Assembly (NCBI GenBank): GCA_002633005.1
Contig: NMRA01000062.1
Coordinates: 729,981 to 793,980, forward strand
Source: Phoronis australis
Lineage: Eukaryota > Animalia > Phoronida
Direction of reading: 5' to 3'
Length of the DNA: 64,000 nt
Under the pieces are notes generated by a model. That model saw only the letters and a list, made by a program, of their open reading frames with translations, did not search any database and was not told the DNA's origin. Position numbers and translations under genes: made by a program. Positions within the stretch are counted from its first letter, which is position 1. Each line of letters starts with the position of its first letter. Of this stretch, positions 25,230 through 35,156 are shown one piece after another.

Positions 25230-26353
25230 TTAACATCTTAAGATTTCATTGATTCAGTCATAGTTCATATCATTTACATGCTAAAACCGGACTTAACATT
25301 AAGGAAAACACAGTCTAATTTGGTTTATTCAGGAAACTCCATTCACACACCAAAATCTAATTCTTCCGAACGCTCTCTGCTGCCTGGGAACATCGTTTAC
25401 TTCGTCAAAAGCCCACCTTTGCTCCTTGTCGTAATGACCAATCGTTTCATTCTATATAGGGAAAACGTTACTTAAATTTAAAATTGCGGCAACTCTTTTT
25501 AAATAGAGTTTGTTAAGAGTTTAAGTTTTTGTTTTAAACGCCACAGACTTAAAGCGTAGTCTCAAAACTATCAAAGCTTCTTACCGGATCGTTTTTGGCT
25601 ATTCTAGCCATTGCCCCTGTGCTCTGCCGATTCCCCAGTATATACACGCTATGCCATTTTGCAACCAGCAAATTCACTAAAAAATAAGAATTTAGCGTTC
25701 AACTTTTTTCTTGTTTGCGACACGTTACATTCACGAGAAACGGCTCGTGCCTTATTTCGTCACGAAGCACATTTTTGCACACATGTGCATCCTCTTAACC
25801 CTCTGACGCCACCACTCTAATGAACGCAGACCATTCGTTACTTACACAACACAGTTGTTCCCCCAGTTATAACGCTTCAACGTAAATTATTAAAGCAACT
25901 GCTCACAAAATTTTGCGACTTTTGCATATTCAAAAATTAAATTCCGTGAGTTGCTACAACACTCATTCGATTGCACAAACTATGAATGGTTGAGATTTGA
26001 ATAGCAATAACCAAATATCCATAAAGTTGTTTGAGCATCATTTTTGTTTAGGACTAAGGCAAAAGAGAGGTCTTCACGTTTGCTGCTTTTTCACGGTTCC
26101 TTTTGAACGAATTTGTTTTGAAGGATAAAAGTAGGATTAAATTAGACCCTCATGCCCATATCTCCCAAATTGGACATTGTGGCATTGGTGGTCCTTCATA
26201 CGCACTGGTGACCCCTACTACGTAACCATGAGTCACTGCAGTGACTTCAGTTCCATGCGACGCTTACAAAAGGCACCCTAAGCAGGTGGCAACAGGATAG
26301 AGCTGAGAAGCAGCGGTATCACAGGGACACCTTGATTGTCTCATCGTACAGTT

Positions 26354-26596
26354 GTTTTTTTTTAATTTAATTTAATTTAATTTTAAAGGAAACGTGCTCT
26401 AGTCAAGAGCTAAATAAACTTGGTCTTCAACAGGTTCTCATTCACTCCATTGCACACATTCACAAGTAAGACCAAGCTCAGAAAAATAGGAGACATCTTG
26501 GTGCAATGCTCGAATGTCAACCAGTGAAGCCAGGATTTGAACCCAGGGTCTCATGCGGGAGTCCGGAGCTTTAACCACTGAGCCACAGTGTCTCCT
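26354..26596 (-). mobile_element. tRNA-derived SINE with A/B boxes and an A-rich tail
   Basis: Minus strand reads ggagacactgTGGCTCAGTGGttaaagc...gGGTTCAAATCCtgg; tail (aaatt)n followed by poly-A. Confidence 0.7.
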
Positions 26597-26904
26597 TTCG
26601 CAATAAGCTAAAGAAATGTTTGCTCCACTCATAATTCTTTGCGTAATCGGCAACGCTGCCTTCTTGACACAAACTAGCCAAGTTCAACAAATCTTGTTTT
26701 CTACAGGGCATCGGTGAAACGAAGCACTTAGGCTCATAACTTTCTTTGATGCGCTTCTGGGAAATTTGTTTTGCATGTTCCTAATGACGAGTGCCAACAT
26801 ATTTGTGCTAATTTTTCTGTGAACCATACTACCAGGCAATTATTCTATGAAATGAGTACCCTTTTTCTTTACCCTTTGCGAAGCTATGACTGGACGCATA
26901 TATA

Positions 26905-27694
26905 GGCACCGGTGCCCTAAATTATAAGCATAAAAAACAGCTGATTGTCATACGTGTACTACCCAATGTCCGTTAGCATCTGCTCATGTGATGTCATGGA
27001 CATATATCAGCTTTCACAAATGTACGTGCTTTGCCAATCTTAACCCTTGTTTGTCTCCGTAAGCAGAGTTTTGATACGGTCTCTGATATCGCTGAATGAG
27101 GCCCTAAAGTCGTGACCGTTGCGTTTAGACGGAAATGCACGAAGTAAGACCACACAAATCAACTACAGTGCTTACAGTTACTCTAGACGACATAAAAACG
27201 CATTGCATTGTATATTAAATCAAATTCAATTGAAATAAATTGTTATGTGTTTTGCACCCACCTGCGATGTGTGCAGACGTTGAGGTTGTTTACGTAAAAC
27301 GCTAAGAACCCAGCATCAATTATCTCTCTGTATTTTATTGCTTTGGCCTTGCAAAACTTGATCGACCCTGGGACATTTTGATACATTGTTCAAGCCATCC
27401 CTGGAGCGCCTGTTACAGCAAATCTGAACGATGTTTAGTTTCGAAAGTATATTCTGAAAATGCACAAAAAGTGGGTTAGTGAAATATGATGCTTTAAGAT
27501 ACATTTGTAAAAATAAGCCAACCACTCACTGTTTATTTTGATATTGTGAATATCAACACGTCCGGGTATTCGTTTGACTTTCGTAAGCAGACAAACGCTG
27601 GAAACGTCAACGCTAGATGTCGTGGGACAGCGCAGAAGCAGAAATAAGATTGTTCACGACTTAAGGGCACTCACGACTTTAGGACCTCCGACGG
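26905..27694. mobile_element. Insertion in duplicate copy 2 at a TA-rich site, with inverted repeats
   Basis: Interrupts gatgcatata|tatgtc, which is contiguous at about 11870; gaggccctaaagtcgtga (27098) and tcacgactttaggacctc (27671) are inverted. Confidence 0.6.
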
Positions 27695-30684
27695 TATGTC
27701 TTGCATTGCACCCGTACTTATAGTTGTGGTGATTTCATTACCACGTCATATACTTACAGTGTCTTATGGTTTATAATTCTTTACATAAAATCTGGAAAGT
27801 TTAATAAAGTTTTGTTTATCTCCAAAAACTGTGCTTCTTAGCCCATAACATTGCAACTAATGTGACGGACTAGTGGAATTTTTGGTTAAACCACGTCACA
27901 AATGCGGTAAACATCCTGATCACTACTGATACTGAAAAATATGGTTACCTTTTATTATGTCAGTTTTACTGTTCCAGTTAGAGCCACAAGGGACTTCAGG
28001 TCTAATTTAAGCATCTGTTGTTTCACGTGACTGACACAGACGAATGAACTAATTTGGATAGTATAGTTAGATTCTCGATGAATCTCGTACAATTGATGGA
28101 TTTTCCTCAACACAAGGTTCCATGAACTTCCTGAAAGTGTGTGAAATTTCTGGGAGAGGCCAAAATCTAATAATATCCACCGTTGGCAATTGTGGCATTT
28201 GGATTTTTAATGACGCAGTGGTCTTAACTATGCAAAATATGTGAACCAATCACTTTGTGGTGAGGAAATACAAATTTTATGTCCATGCATAAGATTCAAC
28301 GAATGGATGACCTTCAAATCTAAACTGGCTCTCGATATTTTCAGTTCGAGTAGGTCAAATTTTCAACATTGTCTGAAAGTATCTACCTAAGGGTCAACTG
28401 AAAGCTGCTTTGAAGCTGAATAATTCTCTGATCAAAAATATTAGCGTGTGTGTTCATTCTAATGTTCATTTCAGTTTTAGCATGGCCTTCCCTGGAATCA
28501 GTCGTCATCTGATGAGAGATCACGGTCGTGTGTTTTGTCGTCACTGTTTGTATCCGACACTTGGTTGGCTTCTATATGTGTTGGACCAGAGGAGGTATAC
28601 TGTATTTTGTGGTTTGACACTTCCTGCTAATAACTTCCCAACTTTGGGTGATGGGGGAAGGAGCTTAATTGAAGCGCATCTGGCGTGCGTTCAGTAGACG
28701 CTAGGACCTACACTAGGACCTAGCTAAAACCTAGTCAAAGTCACGTGTTCTCATTTAAAATACACGACAATATCTCACTTAATCTCGCGAAGTCTTGCTT
28801 TTTTGCGAGGTCCTAGCGTTACTGAACGGGATTCTGGTCAGTAGCACGTTAACTACAGTAGTTCACTTGATGCAGATGCTGGCTGAGTGAGTCTTCATCG
28901 GGGAAGGCGTCTCGTGGTTTTCTTCAGATTGTAAAATAATGAGACCCTTGCCTAAATACAGAAACCTCAGCATTTTTGTTGTGCATGCAGAGAGGACAAA
29001 AATCTTCATGAACCATCTATTGCCAACGGCGGCCATATTGGATTTTGGCCTCTCTCGGAATTCCTCCCCGTGGAAATTTTTTCTTTAAAATCCATCGATG
29101 GCGTGAAATGTACTGAGAAACAAAGCTTAGGGGAAGTGAAATATATGTTCCAACTGTTAAGTTTTCATTTATAGTTGCAGAACAATCACTAAGAAACCAT
29201 ATGTCAGTTTTCCGTGAAAAAATGAAACACGATTTTAACACCCCGAAAATGTCTTGTCGCAAATTCCGAACATGTATTTTGAAAGGTTGTCGAAAGTAGC
29301 TATAAGGCTGGGTCTGAAAACCTTTCAGAAGCAAGGCTGTGACTATTGTCGTTGTAGAGTCCAGCCACGGCTCGCCGCTACGTGTAAAATATGACCATGA
29401 GTGTAGTTGTCGGGTTTGTTAACAATTTTTCCCGAGAAATCGCTGGTTATCTGGAACCGTGTCTCGAGAGTTTCGCTTGATGATTCCGTTATGAGCAAAA
29501 ACGTCAAAATACGCAATAAAATTTGGCTTGGTTTAATAACTACAACACTCCATCTAAACTCAGTCCAACAGGTAACCGGAAGTTCAGAGTGCAAGCTCTC
29601 GCTGCTAGTGATGTGGGTATCAAGCACTCAGACAAGAATGCATGGGTTATTTGCTGGAGTTAGCATTCCATGCTTTGTCGAAAACTATATGAACATATAT
29701 TAAAACTTGGGATTCATTTCACTTCAAAAGCGCTATGCGTGGCCGCAGAAAATGTATTCTGTCTCGTATTTCAGCCATTTTCCTCCCACAGAAGAAACTT
29801 TCAGACTCAGAAAAGGTTCACAGACGCAAAAGCGACAGTTTTCAGCCCAAAATCACTGATTAGATTCTGAAAGTGAATTTACTACAGACTTTACATAGGT
29901 GATATGAATCTGCTGCTATTCAGTCTTTTTGTTCGCAATCCTTTGAAGGCTACCTTAATTCACATATGACTCCTCAGCACCTGTACTGCAATACAGCGAT
30001 GCCACTGCCGGAGCTGCAAAAGTGAATCTTGTCATGCTATTGGACTTTTCTTGTTCTCAAAATATTTGAGCCCGCGCAGGTAGACCAGATTCATTGAACC
30101 TACTTGCAAAGTAGACGCCAGCACTGGCCTACTTAAAAACATTAGAGAGAGAGCAAACTAGACACGGCTGTTTAACTGTACAGTAGCACTTCACCCATCA
30201 AACATTTGACCTGGTAGCCATTTTGCTGGGGTGCTCTGGTAAGGTGATAAGCATCCTCGCAAAATAATAGCCTTTTACTTGCGTGATCTTTTACGCGTTC
30301 ACGCACCCTTGCCCATGTGCATTACTCGTGTCGCCGTAGCTAAATGACAGAAACGCACGTGTGAGCGATTGGTCCGTACGGCAGCTCCGGTTGCAACGGC
30401 CCCTATCCATAGTGCAAGCTCTGAATCGCGGACTCCCTACACGTATACGACGTGTTAGTTAAGAGCGGAACCTGGGACCGGACTCTCTCCTGCACGACCA
30501 AATATAAACAGCCGCGTTTACTTATTTCATTTTTAACAAAACCATTTGCCTTCTGAAATTATGGCTGGCCCCCTCGCGATATCCTAGATTAGTCAATTTC
30601 GCTTTCCGATTGGTAAGTCCTGTGGGTTGTGATCAGGAAACGATTAACTTTTTAAAGTACATGTACCTCAAGTTGTTTTGAAAT

Positions 30685-33600
30685 TTAATACTGCTGCCAC
30701 GATGGAGCATGACCAGGACAGTCTCGTCTGCGATGATATTTTTTGTCTCTGCCTAGCAAAGTCATTTTTTGAATATTAAGAAACGCCAGCAGCTCGTAAT
30801 TTAGAAATTCGGTGCACGTGCCCGAGAATGCACTTTGGTTTGATACACATGTGGATAATGTCCATAACGAATTATTGGCATTCTTCATTTTCCTCTTCCC
30901 CAGTGAAGGAATTTTAAACTTTGGCGACTTGCCATTCCGACTTTTGCTTACTCGCTTCGAGCTTTTTCTGGATCTTCCCGACGAGCCTGTCGCTGAAGAA
31001 CCAGAACTACGATTTGGAGGTTGTTGTACAGCAGGTAACCGTTGTGAGTATGGTGGCGGTGGGGCTGGGCGACATTTCGATGTTGATTGTTGCTGTTGCC
31101 GCTGCTCAGCACCCATTTCACGGGTTACCTGTACAGCAGGCAACGGCTGGCGTACACCTGTTGTTGCAGATGGAATAGGACTTTCCTTTGCAGCTATCTC
31201 TTTCCTTTGCAACAGTTGTGGTGACCGTGGTGGTATCGTGTCTGGCTTTGAAGTCGGCGGCAAGTTCCCACCAACCATTACCGGTCTCGATTGTGATAAT
31301 CCTGTTGCAGGAGCTGGTGCCTGGTTTAATTGTTTAGGTGGCGCTTGCTGCCTTGTCTGTGGTGGACCTGTCTTTTGAACTGGGGTTGCTTGTGGCCTTT
31401 GCTGCGCTGCAATTGGCATTTCACCTGCCGGTGACCGAGGTCTTTGTTGTTGAATTTGAGTTGGGGGTGCCTGCGGTCGTTGTTGTGTTGTTGTTTTAAT
31501 TGGAATGGGTGGCGCCTGCGGTCTTTGTTGTGCTATTTCTAGTGTTGTTGCCTGTGGCCTTTGTTGAGCTGTTTTTGGCATTTGAACTGGCGGTGCTTGC
31601 GTTCTTTGCTGTATTGTTGTTGATGTTGGTGTTGACGGTACTTGCGGATTTTGTTGAGCTGTTTTTGGCATTTGAACTGGCGGTGGTTGCGCTCTTTGAT
31701 GGACTGTTGCTGATATTGGAGCTGACGGTGCTTGTGGTCTTTGCTGTGCTGCTGTTGGTGTTGGAGCTGACGGTGCCTGCCTTCTTTGTCCTACTGTAGC
31801 TGACATTTGAATTGACAATGCTTGTGGTCTTTGCTGTGCTGTTCCTGATATTGGAACTGGCGGTGCTTGTGGTCTTTGCTGTGCTGCTGTCGATGTTGGA
31901 ACTGGCGGTCTTGGCGGTGCTGTTGTTGACATTTGAACTGGCGATGCTTGTGGTCTTTGCTGTGCTGCAGTCGATGTTGGAGCTGGTGGTGCTTGCGGTC
32001 TTTGCGGTGCTGCTGCAGACATTTGAACTGGCTTTGCCTGCGGTCTTTGCTGTACTGTTGTTGATATTGGAGCTGACGGTGTTTTCTGCTGTCCTGATGC
32101 TAAAATTTGAATTGGCGGTACTTGATGTCTTTGTTGTGCTGTTGTTGACACCGGAACTTGCGGTGCTTGTGGTCTTTGCTGTGCTGCTGTTGCTGTTGGA
32201 GCTGACGGTGCCTGCACTCTTTGTCCTAATGTTGCTGACATTTGAATTGGCAGTCCTTGTGGTCTTTGCTGTGCTGTTGCTGATATTGGAACTGGCGGTG
32301 CTTGTGGTCTTTGCTGTGCTGCTGTCGATGTTGGAACTGGCGGTCTTAGCGGTGCTGTTGTTGACATTTGAACTGGCGATGCTGATGGTCTTTGCTGTGC
32401 TGCTGTCGATGTTGGAGCTGGCGGTGCTTGTGTTCTTTGCGGTGCTGTTTGAGAAATTTGAACTGGTGGTGCTTGTGGTCTTTGCTGTGCTGCCGTTGGT
32501 GTTGGAGCTGACGGTGCCTGCGTTCTTTGTCGTTCTGTTGCTGACATTTGAATTGGCGGTGCTTGTGGTCTTTGCTGTGCTGTTGCTGATATTGAAACTG
32601 GCGGTTTTTGCGGTCTTTGCTGTTCCGTTGGTGACATTTGAACTGGTGATGCTTGTGGTCTTTGCTGTGCTGCTGTCAATGTTGGAGCTGGTGGTGCTTG
32701 CTTTCGTTGCGGTGCTGCTACTGACTTTTGAACTGGCGTTGCTTGTGGTCTTTGCTGTGCTGCTGTCGATGTTGGAGCTGGTGGTGCTTGCGGTCTTTGC
32801 GGTGCCGCTGCAGACATTTGAACTGGCTTTGCTTGCGGTCTTTGCTGTACTGTTGTTGATATTGGAGCTGACGGTGTTTTCTGCTGTCCTGCTGCTGACA
32901 TTTGAATTGGCGGTGCTTGATGTCTTTGTTGTGCTGCTGTTGACACCGGAACTTGCGGTGCTTGTGGTCGTTGCTGTGCTGTTGCTGACATTGGATTTGG
33001 CGAGGCTTGCAGTCTTTGGTTTGGTAGTTTAACTGGCGGTATTTCTGCTGTTTGTTGGCTTGCATTTGGTGATGGTCCTTCTCTTTGTGTTTCTACTGAA
33101 ACAGGAGGCTGAGGCGCTTTCCTTTTCAAAGTTTTCACGGGAGCTGTCGAGCCAGGCTGAGGCACCCTCTGCCGAGTGATGTCTTGGATATTTTGCTGTG
33201 ATGGCAGCACTGGTTGGTTTTGTTGCAGATTGTCTGAAATTAGTGTTTGTTGAGCTTGGGTCTTGTTGTTCAAAGTTTTTGTTTTTTCTGCAGTTGTGGC
33301 AGCGACTTGATTACGGTGCTGCTGTGAATGCTGCTGTTGTTGTTGTAGTTGTTGTTGTTGGTGTTGTTGTTGTAGAAGTTTCTGTTGCTGGAGTTGTTCA
33401 TGTTGTTGCTCTATGCGTGTCCGAAGATCCGCTTTTGTTACGTTTGGTACCTTTTCCGGATAGATTACGGGAATATCTACCGTTCGATCTTGAGCGGGTG
33501 GTGCTATTCGTGCAGGTTGCACGGCGTGAGCTACTTCTGTCTGCTGATTACGTATTGAAAATTGCCGCCCTGTCCCTTCGGTAAATTCCGCTTGTTGTGT

Positions 33601-34374
33601 CTCTGATCGGTCTTCTTCCGGCACTGTAAATTTCTTTCCGTAGACGTGTTTTGGTTTTCGTGGAGGCAGCGGTGGCCCCTGTGCAGTCGCTTGGGGTCCT
33701 GCTGTGTTGTCGTCCCAGTTTTGGGGTTTTATGGTATCGTAATATCCCTGTGAGTCTATCGTTTCCCATTGGCCGTCGTCCGCAGTAGGCATGTCGCACG
33801 GCTCATCGAATATTGTTGCATATATGCTTTCCTCGTCCGGTTCAATTTCTTCATAGACGTGCTCGTCAAGGTTTCGAAGAGCCTCAGTGTTATGTGCAGT
33901 CTCTTGGGGTCCTGCTGTGTTGTGTTCCCAGTTTTGGGGTCTTATGGTATCGTAATATTCCTGTGAGTCTATCGTTTCACATTGGCCGTCGTCCGCAGTA
34001 GGCATGTCGCACGGCTCATCGAATATTGTTGCATACATGCTTTCCTCGTCCGGTTCAATTTCTTCATAGACGTGATCGTCAAGGTTTCGAAGAGCCTCGG
34101 CGTTATATTGTTGTCTATACGCTTCTTCAGTAACCGTATCAGTCAGTTCAGAAATATATTCGTAATCAACATCAGAGAAGGTCTGTTCCGCCTCCGCATG
34201 CGATATTATCCATCTGCCATCTTGTACCAAACCTTCCGGACGGGGAGGTACAACTGGCCTTGTGACCAGACGTTCGTCCACTTCTTCATAGATGTGTGGC
34301 TCAGGCATATAAACAGGATCATATTCGTGTTCGATTGTAGCGTAAATGTCATCTCCCTCAGTATTATCCTCCAT
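30685..34374 (-). CDS. Uncharacterised 1229-aa intronless protein (paralogue B): acidic Tyr-rich N-terminus with two consensus ITAMs, SH3-ligand motifs, polyQ, 15-aa repeats, basic C-terminus
   Basis: 3.7-kb open frame with TAA directly before the ATG. DHVYEEI-x7-YATI and EHVYEEI-x7-YATI; PVVPPRP, PPLPPRKPK; no signal peptide or TM stretch visible. Confidence 0.82.
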   Translation of the reverse strand: MEDNTEGDDIYATIEHEYDPVYMPEPHIYEEVDERLVTRPVVPPRPEGLVQDGRWIISHAEAEQTFSDVDYEYISELTDTVTEEAYRQQYNAEALRNLDDHVYEEIEPDEESMYATIFDEPCDMPTADDGQCETIDSQEYYDTIRPQNWEHNTAGPQETAHNTEALRNLDEHVYEEIEPDEESIYATIFDEPCDMPTADDGQWETIDSQGYYDTIKPQNWDDNTAGPQATAQGPPLPPRKPKHVYGKKFTVPEEDRSETQQAEFTEGTGRQFSIRNQQTEVAHAVQPARIAPPAQDRTVDIPVIYPEKVPNVTKADLRTRIEQQHEQLQQQKLLQQQHQQQQLQQQQQHSQQHRNQVAATTAEKTKTLNNKTQAQQTLISDNLQQNQPVLPSQQNIQDITRQRVPQPGSTAPVKTLKRKAPQPPVSVETQREGPSPNASQQTAEIPPVKLPNQRLQASPNPMSATAQQRPQAPQVPVSTAAQQRHQAPPIQMSAAGQQKTPSAPISTTVQQRPQAKPVQMSAAAPQRPQAPPAPTSTAAQQRPQATPVQKSVAAPQRKQAPPAPTLTAAQQRPQASPVQMSPTEQQRPQKPPVSISATAQQRPQAPPIQMSATERQRTQAPSAPTPTAAQQRPQAPPVQISQTAPQRTQAPPAPTSTAAQQRPSASPVQMSTTAPLRPPVPTSTAAQQRPQAPPVPISATAQQRPQGLPIQMSATLGQRVQAPSAPTATAAQQRPQAPQVPVSTTAQQRHQVPPIQILASGQQKTPSAPISTTVQQRPQAKPVQMSAAAPQRPQAPPAPTSTAAQQRPQASPVQMSTTAPPRPPVPTSTAAQQRPQAPPVPISGTAQQRPQALSIQMSATVGQRRQAPSAPTPTAAQQRPQAPSAPISATVHQRAQPPPVQMPKTAQQNPQVPSTPTSTTIQQRTQAPPVQMPKTAQQRPQATTLEIAQQRPQAPPIPIKTTTQQRPQAPPTQIQQQRPRSPAGEMPIAAQQRPQATPVQKTGPPQTRQQAPPKQLNQAPAPATGLSQSRPVMVGGNLPPTSKPDTIPPRSPQLLQRKEIAAKESPIPSATTGVRQPLPAVQVTREMGAEQRQQQQSTSKCRPAPPPPYSQRLPAVQQPPNRSSGSSATGSSGRSRKSSKRVSKSRNGKSPKFKIPSLGKRKMKNANNSLWTLSTCVSNQSAFSGTCTEFLNYELLAFLNIQKMTLLGRDKKYHRRRDCPGHAPSWQQY
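31380..32990 (-). repeat. Coding tandem repeat: mostly 45-bp (15-aa) QAPPxxxSTxAQQRP units
   Basis: Recurrent cttgtggtctttgctgtgctg on the + strand; some shorter 12-13-aa units. Confidence 0.9.
33682..34105 (-). repeat. 213-bp (71-aa) tandem duplication of the ITAM-bearing module
   Basis: ttggccgtcgtccgcagtaggcatgtcgcacggctcatcgaatattg occurs at 33769 and 33982. Confidence 0.95.
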
Positions 34375-35091
34375 TTATTGTGTTGCGACACCTTGGGTGT
34401 TTTTCTCCGTAATTTGTTAATAGAATGAAAACAAACTCGCCGCACGAAGGTTCATGATTTTGCACTATCTCGTCGTTGTTGATGAACCCATTTCATCTGG
34501 AATATCAAGCATTTACTTTTTAGAACAACGAAAATGCTCTAACTGCTGAGGATGTTTTGTTTCCTAGCACAAAATCGTATGTTGAGTTCCGTAGATGCAA
34601 GGGTCTCGCAAAGGAAGCTCGTGGGATGACGTGCTTCGTTTGCAATACATGACGATATCTCTCGAACTTTTGCTTGAACTTGAGTTTTCGCCAGGTCGAT
34701 CTCCTGTTTACGGAACCGTATATTTCCATACTCCTAACCATTACGAAATTTGGGAGGAATTTCACTAATGTAAACCATCCTCTATGAACATCCTACACTT
34801 TACTACAGGTCTGCTAACAAACTGTTTAAGAATAAAGAAGTCAGCAAATTTGGAATAACTTTTGCACCAATGGTACCCGGTACACGCCTCAGTGATTGCG
34901 GTGGCGGGCCATGTGCGCCACAGAACTCATTCTTTGAACATTTTGTAACTCACGTGCCTGCTTATTGCCACATCAATGCACGATTTTGCATTTCTAAATC
35001 TGTTGACCAAATGACATGAGACACGAGTGTTAAGCATTCAAATTTCATTTTTAATTTATACGATACTGAACCTTTAGAAAATTTGATGATG

Positions 35092-35156
35092 ACCGGGACT
35101 TGAAGCCGGGTTGCACGAGCGACAGTCAAGCATCTAAACCATTCGGCCAAGAGGCA
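35092..35156 (-). mobile_element. tRNA-derived SINE head (GTC anticodon-like loop), inserted in copy 2 only
   Basis: Minus strand cctctTGGCCGAATGGtttagatgcttgactgtcgc...gcTTCAAGTCCcggtc; absent at the paralogous site at about 20710. Confidence 0.55.

Larger units (their letters stand above)
11720..26740 (+). repeat. Tandem segmental duplication, copy 1 (about 15 kb)
   Basis: Collinear matches to copy 2: 11720-12210 vs 26741-28000, 15970-20945 vs 30550-35495, 21340-21740 vs 35910-36240, 25278-26125 vs 37520-38245, 26610-26740 vs 41470-41598. Confidence 0.88.

Noticed and set aside
26500-26596. Possible functional tRNA genes here and at 35092 and 38855
   Set aside because: A/B boxes are present but the stems pair poorly and there are SINE-like bodies or tails; treated as tRNA-derived SINEs. 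tRNAscan-SE would settle this.
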